From NCBI GenBank assembly GCA_965247285.1, contig CBDFHD010000003.1, positions 82,795 through 146,794 of the forward strand: 64,000 nucleotides of DNA. The letters run 5' to 3'. Origin of the DNA: Candidatus Poribacteria bacterium (GTDB lineage Bacteria; Poribacteria; WGA-4E; WGA-3G). Position 1 is the first letter of the stretch. Each line of letters begins with the position of its first letter. Of this stretch, positions 50,297 to 60,450 are shown one piece after another. The notes beneath the pieces were generated by a model. It had not been told where the DNA came from. It did no database searches and was given only the letters and a program-made list of their open reading frames with translations. Made by a program: the position numbers and the translations under genes.

Positions 50297-50305
50297 GGTG
50301 CTACA

Positions 50306-52417
50306 ATGCAAACACGCAAGGTATATCCACTTGGAAAACCCGGACAAATGGCGGCATATCAGCATGAAAGTGAAGGATCGCTACCTAACACCGTTGTGAA
50401 GGCGTTGACCGTAGCAATCGGTGCGATTGAGGAAAAGGCTGGCGTGCCGTATCAGTGGATCTGTCTCCGCGCAACGAAAATATCCGGTGAAAAATTCGCG
50501 GTCTGGTTGCTCAGTGAAAGCGTTCCGTCCGCGGATCTGAAGGTATCCCATGCTGCCACATATCGCTATATCCTGCAGATCGGAGACGACACTCCCTTGG
50601 AATTCCGAGATAAGTTCACTAGGGAACCTGTCCTGCCCGGTCTCGGTGCATGGCAATATCTTTTTCCGAAATCTACGGACAAAACGCCGCAAAATAGTCT
50701 TTTCCCACAAACGGTAAAATATCTCGGACACACCTATCGACTTGCGCGTATATCCGATTCAACCGAATCTGATGCACCCCCCGACACAGAACTCCTTTCT
50801 CTCCGTCCCGATGCTCTCATCGGACCACCCAGCAACACGAGGCAGGTGGACGAAACCCGTCGCTATGACATGTCTGATTATGAGATTAAACCGTTGACGG
50901 AAGCCGATTACGACGAGATGATTGCGGCGGGGATCAACTGTGTTCGCGTTGATGCAGAACAGGTCAAATGGGTTAAAAATCGCAACGTTTTTTATTGGGG
51001 AATCGACGCGGCGACACTCGGATATCCTGAGTGTTTATACCGAAGCAACTACCTCGGTCCCGCTCTTTTCATGGACGAACCCGCTGTCTGCACACGCGAC
51101 CATGTCCTTCGCCCCAAGCTGGAAGAAGATAGTGCGTTTCGGAAAACCTTGACCCCACAACTCGCATTTGAGGCGTTTCAAAACTATTTCCACACCGCCA
51201 AATACGATGGCGCACCCACGCGGCTGTGCAAAGGTTTGGAGGCACACCCGGACGTGGACTTAGGAGATATGAAGTTTCTTCAGCAGAATCTCTATACATG
51301 GGAGACTATGATCAGTTCGGCGGCATACCAACTATCGGAGGGAAACACGGAAACGCCTGCCGCAATAGTCTTTGAGCCACCCGGTCGTGTCGGAACAATG
51401 CGGACACTACCCGAAATGAATATGACGTACGGTTGCCATATCCCGATAGACAACCCGAAAAATCTTGCGAGTATCCTCTACGGATTCCTTCGAGGTGCCG
51501 CCAGACAGACCGATAAGGGTTGGGGTATGAGTATTTATGGTGGGGTACACCGCGCCGATGCTTTCTGGTTGCAGACACACGCTTACGACTTAGGCGCACG
51601 GCATTTCCACTATTGGGACAACTATCAACTCGCGTGTGTGCCTTATGGTGAAGTTCTCGCACTCTCACGAAATTTAAGTGCCCACGTCGAAAGCCATCCC
51701 CATAGGAAACTTGATGCGTTACGCAAAGCGGCGGAAATTGTTATCCTCCTACCGCCCGGTTACAATCTCGGACATGTTGAGATGGGCAGGGGCAATCTCT
51801 GGGGAGTGGGAGAACTCAATTTAGAACGACCTAATAGAGAAGGCATCAAATACCGCACCGTAATGCACAACTTTTTTACCGAAATTGAGAGAGCGATTCG
51901 ACTCGGTATTGCCTTTGACCTTATCTGGGATTTGGAAGGACTCAAGTTATCCGACTATCGAGAAATCGTCCGCATTCGGGAGGACGGTAAGGTTGAAGTC
52001 CATGAAGGTAATGAGACGACTTTGCACGAGGGCGCGAGGACACCAACCCGTCCAACCGGTACCCCGCCAACCCTGACCGTTGATGTCTCTATACCGCAAA
52101 CCGATACCCCACTCGAAGTTCGTGCCTGTGCCACCATAACCAAGGGATCTGCCTCCGTTTACTACACACGGGGGGCAGACGCAAGCGGTATCTACAATAA
52201 CGAGATGGTACTCTGGGAATTGTTCGGTCCAGAGGCGGAAGATTACCGTTTCCTGAACAGAGATCACTCTGAAATTCGCATTGATCAAACGGAAACGATA
52301 GCCGAGGCGGAGATTCGTTTGAGTCTTAAACACCCTGGGAATTACCGACTCCGAGCCGCAACCGTTGATATGGCAGGACGCACAGCAGTCGCATGGGAAA
52401 CTATTTCTATAACGTGA
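50306..52417 (+). CDS. Large hypothetical protein (703 aa)
   Basis: Long ORF with GAGGTG RBS, 9 bp after the PhyH-like gene; no family recognised. Confidence 0.8.
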   Translation: MQTRKVYPLGKPGQMAAYQHESEGSLPNTVVKALTVAIGAIEEKAGVPYQWICLRATKISGEKFAVWLLSESVPSADLKVSHAATYRYILQIGDDTPLEFRDKFTREPVLPGLGAWQYLFPKSTDKTPQNSLFPQTVKYLGHTYRLARISDSTESDAPPDTELLSLRPDALIGPPSNTRQVDETRRYDMSDYEIKPLTEADYDEMIAAGINCVRVDAEQVKWVKNRNVFYWGIDAATLGYPECLYRSNYLGPALFMDEPAVCTRDHVLRPKLEEDSAFRKTLTPQLAFEAFQNYFHTAKYDGAPTRLCKGLEAHPDVDLGDMKFLQQNLYTWETMISSAAYQLSEGNTETPAAIVFEPPGRVGTMRTLPEMNMTYGCHIPIDNPKNLASILYGFLRGAARQTDKGWGMSIYGGVHRADAFWLQTHAYDLGARHFHYWDNYQLACVPYGEVLALSRNLSAHVESHPHRKLDALRKAAEIVILLPPGYNLGHVEMGRGNLWGVGELNLERPNREGIKYRTVMHNFFTEIERAIRLGIAFDLIWDLEGLKLSDYREIVRIREDGKVEVHEGNETTLHEGARTPTRPTGTPPTLTVDVSIPQTDTPLEVRACATITKGSASVYYTRGADASGIYNNEMVLWELFGPEAEDYRFLNRDHSEIRIDQTETIAEAEIRLSLKHPGNYRLRAATVDMAGRTAVAWETISIT

Positions 52418-52732
52418 GTTCTATTCAGTTCTATTTTTGACAAAATATTTACACACACCCGAGCATCGGTGCATATTCATCAAGCAGGTCTCTCAAGATA
52501 TTGCTTTGTCAAGAATTTCACGGCTTTCAAAGTTGCGTATATCAAACAAACCAAGTAAGTCGACCTGTTCCGAGGTTTGTCGTAGTCTCTGAATCTTATG
52601 AGATATTCATCACACCCACAAAACAGATTCCAAAAAATTCGGTTTTCTTTCATTTTTTCGACACAATGCACGTTTTTTGATCGAACTTTCGTCTTTAATA
52701 ATAGAGCGTGTAACCCGTACTGTATTGCTTAA

Positions 52733-52860
52733 TACAAAGCTGCGTTTGGCATCTTGGTCGGAAAATACCAAAAGAGCGTTCATGCCCTCGCATGGCGGAA
52801 GATTCGCGATTATCACTATACGGAAAAGATCATGCAAGACCCCTTCCTTTCTGATGACCG
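52733..52860 (+). pseudogene. ECF sigma-70 factor remnant (region 2)
   Basis: AAFGILVGKYQKSVHALAWRKIRDYHYTEKIMQDPFL resembles sigma region 2 (AF..LV.KY...V...A.R...D...AE.I.QD.FL); in-frame stop upstream, sequence unrelated downstream. Confidence 0.7.
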
Positions 52861-52971
52861 TTCTACCCTGACGACTCTCACTGCGAGGCAATACGCGCAT
52901 TTGGCGTTGATTCCCTATCCGAACCCATCCCGAACTCACGTTAGTATTAGAGAAAATTCTGAGGAGGCAAA

Positions 52972-55314
52972 ATGAATTACAAAAACATCGTTAACATCTG
53001 TTCCGGTTTACTTATCTGTTTAGTTGCTTTTGCAGCAATAGCCCGAAGCGAGGCGGAAAAAATGAATCCTTTGACCCTTGAAGATTTATTTAAATTCAAC
53101 ACGATTACTGATAGAATTCCAATTAATATTACCGCCGACGGACACTGGATTGCTTACACCACGCAGAATCGTGAGCAGTATGAAGGTGGCGGTGGAGACT
53201 CAATGTATTCCAAAACCGGAGTAGTAACGCTTGAAGTGGGGTACGCAACGGTTTGGGTGACAAATACACAAACAGGTGAACATCGTAACCTCACCCCGGA
53301 TTGGGGCTCAAGTTGGGCACCAAGGTGGTCTCCGCAAGGAAGACATCTTGCCTTTTTTTCAGATCGAATGGGTAAACCTCATTTATTTATTTGGGATAGA
53401 GAATCTGACGACATACGGGAGTTCTCGTCTGCAACCGTTCGGACGTTATTCGGCTTTGAGGTGCCGAAATGGACCCCAGATGGACGTTTTGTTCTTTTCA
53501 AATCCATGTCCTCAACGGATGGCTCCATCGATGACAAATCTGTGCTAAACGAACTTCAAGCTTCGTCTAAAACTTCGCAGGAACCGTCCTTTGTCGAAAT
53601 TTGGGACTGGCCCAAAAAACGACTTCAAGAACAAGAAAATGAGCCTGTTGAAGAAGACCAGACACGTATGACAAACCCATTCGGGAAACAAAACGTGGAC
53701 TTAGTTATCGCTGATACTAAGACGGGCAAAACATTCTCGTTAATGAAGGAGTATATGATTAGAAGTTTCGATATAGCCCCCAACGGGGAGCATGTAGCCG
53801 TCACAGTTTACTTGGGCTCCGAAACACCCGTTGCTCAACAACCGGTATTTGCTCTCTACGTCTTACCGCTGCCAAAGGAGTTAGGCGAGGCTTCATCCAC
53901 GGAAATTGAACCCTTTGTCCGGAAAATTCGAATGGGATACGGCATTACTGTTAGTTGGTCACCGGATTCAAGATACATTGCGTACACAACAGAAGGTGAT
54001 CTGGCATCAGGGGACGCGTTCGTTATTGATAGGGAGACAGGCATAGTTTGTAATCTTACGGAAAATCTTGACGTTAACCTTGGGCGAGAGTATAAACCAC
54101 CCCTCTGGATAGGTAAAAGCGAAGCACTCCTTTGCATTGCGCGAGGGGAAATCTGGAAAGTGCCGCTGAACGAGGGAACGATACGAAACTTGTCAGAAAA
54201 CTTTGAGTTTTCTGTTCATGACGTATTCTATCCCAGCGAAGGGTATACACCTTGGACGGTTGAAAACGCTATCACTATAAAAGTTTATGACCATAAACGG
54301 AGCTGTCACAGTTATTATCGTCTTAGTCTCACGGATAACACCGTTACGCTTTTGCGGGAGGAAGACAAGCATCGGACTGTTGATGCAGGTCGTTTTCATC
54401 AAGATGTAGCCGAGGAAACTGGGGAATTTGTATACGTTGTTGAAAGTAACCAAGAACCGCAGAATATCTGGATGAGCGATACTAATTTTGAATCCCCGCA
54501 GCAAATTACAGACGTTAATCCGCACTTACAAACCATTGACTTTGGTAGGAATGAATTGATTGAGTGGACGCTTGAAGACGGTCAAACAATTAAAGGGATC
54601 CTCGTGCTACCATCTGAGGCATCTGAGGAAAATCCAGCACCAGTGATTGTGAACGTCTATGCAGGCAGTATGCCCTCGCACTACGCCAACCGGTTTAGTT
54701 TTGCGAATAGTGTAGGGTATTTCCATACGGGTATATTCGTCTCACGGGGCTATGCGGTCTTCTTACCTGATTTTCCCGTGCAGAAGATTGAACCGTACAA
54801 GCAGTTCTCGAATGTCATCCTTCCAGGAATTGATGCAGCAATTGCGACGAAAAAGGTGGATGCCGAAAGGTTGGGGGTCATCGGTCACAGTTTCGGCGGA
54901 TATACCGTGAATGTTCTTATCACACAGACAACGCGATTTAAGGCGGCAGTCGCTATTGCCTCTATGGGCAACTTAATCAGTGGGTTCCTTAATAAGCCTG
55001 ATACCGGTTGGTACGAGACAGGACAGGCTGGAATGGGTGGTCCCCTATGGGAATTCCCGCAACGCTACATTGATGGCTCGCCTGTCTTCCATCTGGATCG
55101 GGTTGAAACACCATTACTTCTGATTCACGGAGATCAAGATTTTGTGCCCTTTGAACAGGCGAAGGAAATGTTTATGGGCCTTGCGAGGCTTGAGAAAGAG
55201 GTTGTACTGTTGAAATATAAAGAGGCAGATCACGCGCCCGACTTCTGGTCGAACGAAAAGCTCACCGATTATTGGGAGCGTGTCCTAAACTGGTTCGACG
55301 AATATCTGAAATAA
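52972..55314 (+). CDS. Secreted S9 family (prolyl oligopeptidase / acylaminoacyl) peptidase
   Basis: Signal peptide, PD40-like PRWSPQG repeats, GHSFGG nucleophile, LLIHGDQD, EADH. Confidence 0.92.
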   Translation: MNYKNIVNICSGLLICLVAFAAIARSEAEKMNPLTLEDLFKFNTITDRIPINITADGHWIAYTTQNREQYEGGGGDSMYSKTGVVTLEVGYATVWVTNTQTGEHRNLTPDWGSSWAPRWSPQGRHLAFFSDRMGKPHLFIWDRESDDIREFSSATVRTLFGFEVPKWTPDGRFVLFKSMSSTDGSIDDKSVLNELQASSKTSQEPSFVEIWDWPKKRLQEQENEPVEEDQTRMTNPFGKQNVDLVIADTKTGKTFSLMKEYMIRSFDIAPNGEHVAVTVYLGSETPVAQQPVFALYVLPLPKELGEASSTEIEPFVRKIRMGYGITVSWSPDSRYIAYTTEGDLASGDAFVIDRETGIVCNLTENLDVNLGREYKPPLWIGKSEALLCIARGEIWKVPLNEGTIRNLSENFEFSVHDVFYPSEGYTPWTVENAITIKVYDHKRSCHSYYRLSLTDNTVTLLREEDKHRTVDAGRFHQDVAEETGEFVYVVESNQEPQNIWMSDTNFESPQQITDVNPHLQTIDFGRNELIEWTLEDGQTIKGILVLPSEASEENPAPVIVNVYAGSMPSHYANRFSFANSVGYFHTGIFVSRGYAVFLPDFPVQKIEPYKQFSNVILPGIDAAIATKKVDAERLGVIGHSFGGYTVNVLITQTTRFKAAVAIASMGNLISGFLNKPDTGWYETGQAGMGGPLWEFPQRYIDGSPVFHLDRVETPLLLIHGDQDFVPFEQAKEMFMGLARLEKEVVLLKYKEADHAPDFWSNEKLTDYWERVLNWFDEYLK

Positions 55315-55670
55315 TGTGAGTTCGGCTAAGCACGTATGGCATTCGGCAAGATTGAACAAAACATGAAGTAGCGCACGTAGTGGTAGGCTCTTCGCTGTAG
55401 GAGCGACCTCCCGGTCGCGACTGACTGCTGATGCCTGATGGCTATTTTGTTGGCAATCATTCCTCAATTTAAAGCCTTTCTCAAAAATGCCGAATCTGAT
55501 ATAATAGCAAATCAAAAGCGGTTGAGAGCAAAAACCCATTCGGTGCTTGCCAATACAGTCGTGAACACACCACGATGAACGGATATAACAGACGCGCAGA
55601 TTTAAACATTAAAATTCTTTCATCGTTTTAAAATTACAAGTATGTAAAATACGCAAGGAGGAACAGAAAT

Positions 55671-57062
55671 TTGCACTACCGAAAATCGAGCTTTTGGCGC
55701 AGCTTGCAAGCCAAAACTTGCTATTCAAAAGTGGCGCAGCTTGCAAGCCAAAACTTGCTTTACAAAAGTCGGCTATTCATTTGCCTTATTCTGATTGCCG
55801 TTCCCATGCACGCCATCGCTGGCGATTGGTCAACGTGGCGAGGACCAAATCAAGACGGCACTTCTGCTGAGGCTGGATTAATCTCATCTTGGTCGACTGA
55901 AGGTGAGAATCTTCTCTGGCAGGCAGAATTTATAGGGCGTTCCACACCGATCGTTCTCAACGACAGAGTCTACGTCATTGGACGCGTTGGCAGCGACATC
56001 ATGCAACAGGAACGCATCGCCTGCTTCGACACAGAAACCGGCGAAATGATCTGGAATTATCAATTCAATGTCTTTCACACCACTATCTCCTTCAACCGAG
56101 TCGGATGGGCAAGCCTCGCTGGCGATCTCGAAACCGGGAATATCTATGCACACGGTGTCCAAGGACTCTTCTTCTGTTTCGACAAGGATGGAAACATCCT
56201 CTGGTCGCGTTCGCTCACAGAAGAATATGGACGCATATCCGGTTATGGTGGGCGCGTTCACACCCCTATTATCGCCGGCGACCTCGTCGTGGTTAGTTAT
56301 CTCAATTCAGGATGGGGCGATCAAGTCGCCACACGCCACCGCTATTTTGCTTTCGACAAACGCACTGGCGAACTGATTTGGATCTCAACGCCGGGCGGTA
56401 GACCCTTAGACACTACTTACTCCACACCAGTCGTTGTGAATATCAACGGACAGCAACTCATTATCGGCGGCAATGCTGATGGCGGCATTTACGCAATGAA
56501 ACAGAGTACTGGAGAGATGGTCTGGGGATTTAAACTGAGTCAGCGGGGTCTCAATACGTCCGTCATCGTTTCAGGCACGAAGGTCTATGCGACGCATAGC
56601 GAAGAGAATGTAGATAATACCGAAATGGGACGGGTCGTCTGTATCGACGCAATCGGCACCGGAGATGTCACTAAAACACACGAACTCTGGCGGTATGATG
56701 CAGTTAACATTGGATACGCATCGCCAACAATTCACGATGGACACCTCTATGTCGTGGATAACTCCGCTAACCTTCACGCTGTTAATGCGGATACGGGTGA
56801 ACTGCTCTGGATGCATAACATCGGCAAGGTTGGCAAAGGATCACCGGTCTGGGCAGACGGAAAGATCTACGTCACAGAAGTCAACGGTGTCTTTGCGATC
56901 CTCCAACCCGGCGAGGATAAATGTGAGACATTAACCTCTCAAGAGATAAGCCGAGCATCAGATGAACGCTACGTCGAAATCTACGGCTCACCCGCTATTG
57001 CTAATGGACGCATCTATTTCACTACAGAGGAACACCTCTACTGTATCGGAGGGGCAAAATAA
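55671..57062 (+). CDS. PQQ-like (BamB-type) beta-propeller repeat protein
   Basis: DWSTWRGP, repeated D..TGE..W blades, YSTPVV, GSPAIANGRIYF; AGGAGG RBS before TTG. Confidence 0.88.
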   Translation: MHYRKSSFWRSLQAKTCYSKVAQLASQNLLYKSRLFICLILIAVPMHAIAGDWSTWRGPNQDGTSAEAGLISSWSTEGENLLWQAEFIGRSTPIVLNDRVYVIGRVGSDIMQQERIACFDTETGEMIWNYQFNVFHTTISFNRVGWASLAGDLETGNIYAHGVQGLFFCFDKDGNILWSRSLTEEYGRISGYGGRVHTPIIAGDLVVVSYLNSGWGDQVATRHRYFAFDKRTGELIWISTPGGRPLDTTYSTPVVVNINGQQLIIGGNADGGIYAMKQSTGEMVWGFKLSQRGLNTSVIVSGTKVYATHSEENVDNTEMGRVVCIDAIGTGDVTKTHELWRYDAVNIGYASPTIHDGHLYVVDNSANLHAVNADTGELLWMHNIGKVGKGSPVWADGKIYVTEVNGVFAILQPGEDKCETLTSQEISRASDERYVEIYGSPAIANGRIYFTTEEHLYCIGGAK

Positions 57063-57982
57063 TGAAAAAATATATTCCAATTTACGCTGCCCTGATTGCG
57101 TGCCTCCTCGTCATCGGTTGTGCCAGCAAAGAGATGGCACCAGAGCCGATGGAGATGTCAACTGCCCCTGCTGTTTCGCTGCTGCTTACCCCCGCGGAAA
57201 CACTCACATCAGGCGATCCCGTTGCGTTCAGTGTCATCGGTTTCGATGCAGATGGAAAACGGACGAGTGCAATCGGTGCTATAGAATGGGCACCCACCGG
57301 CTTAACTGGAGCATTTGAAGATGGCATATTTACACCCGATAAAAATGCTGGGGCGCATGCAGGTACGGTCACTGCCCAATCGGGTGATATGAGGGCAACG
57401 GCGCGTGTCCGTGTGATTCCATCGCTCCCATGGACAGAGGAATTTGAGACGATTGAACTCGAAAAGATACCGACTCACTGGATTGGCGCGACCGGCAAAT
57501 TCTTTGTGCGTGAGAAGGATGGCGGTAAAGTCTTAGTTAAAACGCCTGTCCAACGCGGATTAAACCGGTCAAACGTCTATCTCGGTCCCTCAACAATGAA
57601 GAATTATCAGATTCAAGTTGATCTGATGGGAACCAAAAATAAACGCAGACTGCCAGACATGGGCTTAATTGCGAATCGTTACACATTGGATATGCAGGGT
57701 AGACACCAACGCTTGCAGATCCGTTCGTGGGCATCCGATTTACGCATGGCGAAAACAATCGACTTCCCGTGGGAGACGGATGTCTGGTACACCATGAAAA
57801 TGATGGTAGAAATTACGGAGGATAAAGCAATAATCCGTGGAAAAGTATGGCGAACCGGTGAATCTGAACCCGCAGAATGGACGATTACTGCCGAAGACCC
57901 ACTCCCAAATCGCGAGGGAAGCCCTGGTATCTACGGCTACTCCGCAACTGAAATCTATTACGACAATCTGAAGGTATGGTAG
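57062..57982 (+). CDS. Putative lipoprotein (Ig-like plus beta-sandwich domains)
   Basis: Lipobox LVIGC; overlaps the upstream stop codon; C-terminal GSPGIYG...YYDNLKV. Confidence 0.75.
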   Translation: MKKYIPIYAALIACLLVIGCASKEMAPEPMEMSTAPAVSLLLTPAETLTSGDPVAFSVIGFDADGKRTSAIGAIEWAPTGLTGAFEDGIFTPDKNAGAHAGTVTAQSGDMRATARVRVIPSLPWTEEFETIELEKIPTHWIGATGKFFVREKDGGKVLVKTPVQRGLNRSNVYLGPSTMKNYQIQVDLMGTKNKRRLPDMGLIANRYTLDMQGRHQRLQIRSWASDLRMAKTIDFPWETDVWYTMKMMVEITEDKAIIRGKVWRTGESEPAEWTITAEDPLPNREGSPGIYGYSATEIYYDNLKVW

Positions 57983-58031
57983 TCCTTTATACGAACACCA
58001 CGCGTAATATCAAAACAAAGGAGTCGTTCAA

Positions 58032-59480
58032 TTGAAACCTTTTTGGAAATCACGATTTACTTATATCCTGAAACTGGCAGTGCTGCTCGTTTTTGCAGTA
58101 TCCGCCGCCTCCGCAGAAAAAGAGATCGCATTGTGGGGCGGTACGCTAAACCGTAACATGGTCTCCACCGAAAAGAATATCCCCGCAAGTTGGGACATGA
58201 CAACCGGTGAAAATATCAAATGGACAGCAGAACTTGGATCACAAAGTTACGCAGGACCGCTGGTTATTGGTGGAAAAGTTTTCGTCGGCACAAATAATAA
58301 AGCACTCCGAAACCCCAAACTGACCGGCGACCGCGGTGTCATCATGGCATTTAACGAATCCGATGGCAAATTTCTCTGGCAAGCGACCCATACCAAGCTT
58401 ACTTCAGGACGTGTTAACGACTGGCCCCTACAGGGAATCTGCTCCACGCCGTTTATTGAGGGCGACCGACTCTACTACATCTCCAACCGTTGTGAAGTCG
58501 TCTGTATCGACACTGAAGCCTTCCTTGATGGCGAAAACGACGGTCCCTTTACCGGAGAAACAGAAACGAGCGAGATTGATGCCGATGTCATCTGGAGTTA
58601 CGACATGATGGATGAATTGGATGTTTTTCCGCATAACCTTGCCACGTGTTCACCGCTTGCTGTTGGCGATCTACTCATCTTGGAAACAAGCAACGGTGTT
58701 GATGAAGGACATATCCATATCCCTTCACCCGATGCTCCGTCCTTCATTGCGCTAAATAAACACACAGGCGAACTCGTGTGGGAAGATGCCTCTCCCGGCG
58801 AAAATATACTACACGGACAGTGGGCGAACCCCGCTTACGGCGTTATCAAAGGTGTCCCGCAGGTTATCATCCCCGGTGGCGACGGTTGGATCTACGCTTT
58901 TGAGCCAGAAACCGGCAACATTATCTGGAAGTTTGACTGCAACCCCAAAGATTCCGTTTGGGAACTCGGTGGACGCGGTACTCGCAACAATATCATCTCA
59001 ACGCCTGTCGTCTATGAAGACAAAGTCTTCGTCGCTGTCGGGCAGGACCCAGAGCACGGCGAAGGCGTAGGACATCTCTGGTGTATTGATGCCTCACAAA
59101 CCGGTGATATTACCGAGACCGCTGGCATTTGGCACTTCGGCGATGAACAGTTCAATCGCACGATGTCCACTGTAGCCATCGCTGATGGGCTACTCTACAT
59201 TTCGGATCTGGGCGGATTCCTTTACTGCTTAGATGTGAACACAGGGGACCCTTACTGGACACATGACACTTTCGCCGCAATTTGGGGATCGCCTTATGTG
59301 GTGGACGGTAAGGTTTACCTCGGCGATGAAGATGGCGATGTTGTGATTCTAAAGGCAGGGAAAACAAAGCAGGTGCTGTTTGAAACCAACATGGACAGTG
59401 CTGTTTATACGACACCTGTGGCTAAAAACGGTGTCCTTTACATCGTAACCCGTAATATGCTTATTGCAATTTCAGAATAG
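58032..59480 (+). CDS. PQQ-like beta-propeller repeat protein
   Basis: Signal peptide, WGGTLNRNMVS, repeated TGE..W blades, WGSPYVVDGKVYLGDEDG. Confidence 0.88.
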   Translation: MKPFWKSRFTYILKLAVLLVFAVSAASAEKEIALWGGTLNRNMVSTEKNIPASWDMTTGENIKWTAELGSQSYAGPLVIGGKVFVGTNNKALRNPKLTGDRGVIMAFNESDGKFLWQATHTKLTSGRVNDWPLQGICSTPFIEGDRLYYISNRCEVVCIDTEAFLDGENDGPFTGETETSEIDADVIWSYDMMDELDVFPHNLATCSPLAVGDLLILETSNGVDEGHIHIPSPDAPSFIALNKHTGELVWEDASPGENILHGQWANPAYGVIKGVPQVIIPGGDGWIYAFEPETGNIIWKFDCNPKDSVWELGGRGTRNNIISTPVVYEDKVFVAVGQDPEHGEGVGHLWCIDASQTGDITETAGIWHFGDEQFNRTMSTVAIADGLLYISDLGGFLYCLDVNTGDPYWTHDTFAAIWGSPYVVDGKVYLGDEDGDVVILKAGKTKQVLFETNMDSAVYTTPVAKNGVLYIVTRNMLIAISE

Positions 59481-59505
59481 TAATCTCTTTGAGAGGTTCA
59501 CTCAC

Positions 59506-60111
59506 ATGGCATATAGCAACTTCACCTTAGATACAGCACGGGAGGCATTTGGGTTAGAAGAGATTGATGCCGCTGGCATCTTTGCTGACTTTGAGTTGGT
59601 GGTTCCAAGTGAACTACTCACTGCCGTGTTGGCACGAAACATACCGTTAGCCACGGCTATCGGCACCGAGAAAGCAAAATCAGAGATGATTGTCGCCGAT
59701 GTTCTCGTTGAACTTCGCGAGCAGTTGGAGCACCGTATCAGTCTCTTTTCAGGGATCGACTTCAACGTTGATCCCGAGAATGGATTAGCAGGCGTATGTG
59801 ATTTTGTCGTTAGTCTCTCGCCCAGGCAATTTTCTTTGAAGGCACCTGTCATTATCCTTGTTGAAGCAAAAAACGATAATCTGGAGATCGGACTCGGACA
59901 GTGCGTCGCGGAGATGGTGGCTGCCCAACGCTTTAATGCCGAAAAAGGAAATAACGTTCCGCGCATCTATGGTGCCACGACTTCAGGGACAGAGTGGCGA
60001 TTCCTCAAATTGGATGGTAAACAACTCTACATTGATATGTCTGTTTACCAAATTGAACGGTGTGACAAAATCCTCGGTATCCTCGCAAGCATGGTAGATC
60101 AAAAAGCCTAA
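59506..60111 (+). CDS. PD-(D/E)xK-fold protein resembling the type I restriction R-subunit N-terminal domain
   Basis: EKAKSEMIV, GVCDF...LVEAK, GLGQCVAEMVAAQ, YGATTSGTEWRFLKL. Confidence 0.7.
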   Translation: MAYSNFTLDTAREAFGLEEIDAAGIFADFELVVPSELLTAVLARNIPLATAIGTEKAKSEMIVADVLVELREQLEHRISLFSGIDFNVDPENGLAGVCDFVVSLSPRQFSLKAPVIILVEAKNDNLEIGLGQCVAEMVAAQRFNAEKGNNVPRIYGATTSGTEWRFLKLDGKQLYIDMSVYQIERCDKILGILASMVDQKA

Positions 60112-60137
60112 GCGCGAAATTTTAGAAGACTCCGAAA

Positions 60138-60398
60138 ATGAAAGCGTTGCAAGTACCAGAATTCTCAACTTATGAAGAGGAAGCCAATTTTTGGGATCAC
60201 CTTGACACCACCGATTTTATGGAAGATGATGGAGAGTGGTTTCATTTTGATACCAATCAAGCGATTCGTGTGGCAATCCTTCCCGAAATCGCTGAAGAAC
60301 TCATGAAAAAAGCGCACGCTCAAGGTGTGTCAATTGAGACCTTAGTAAATGTTCTTTTGGTTGAGCACGTTAAGGAATCAGTTGAACACGTTGATTAG
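60138..60398 (+). CDS. CopG/BrnA-like antitoxin (orphan)
   Basis: PEFSTYEEEANFWDHLDTTDF followed by an RHH-like C-terminus (A..QGVSIETLVN). Confidence 0.72.
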   Translation: MKALQVPEFSTYEEEANFWDHLDTTDFMEDDGEWFHFDTNQAIRVAILPEIAEELMKKAHAQGVSIETLVNVLLVEHVKESVEHVD

Positions 60399-60450
60399 TT
60401 AAATTTAAAAGCACCGATTAAATGGTGCTTCGTAGAAAGTTTTTATACAA

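Noticed and set aside
52610-52939. 109-aa minus-strand ORF
   Set aside because: Antisense to the sigma-factor remnant and starts in a repeat end
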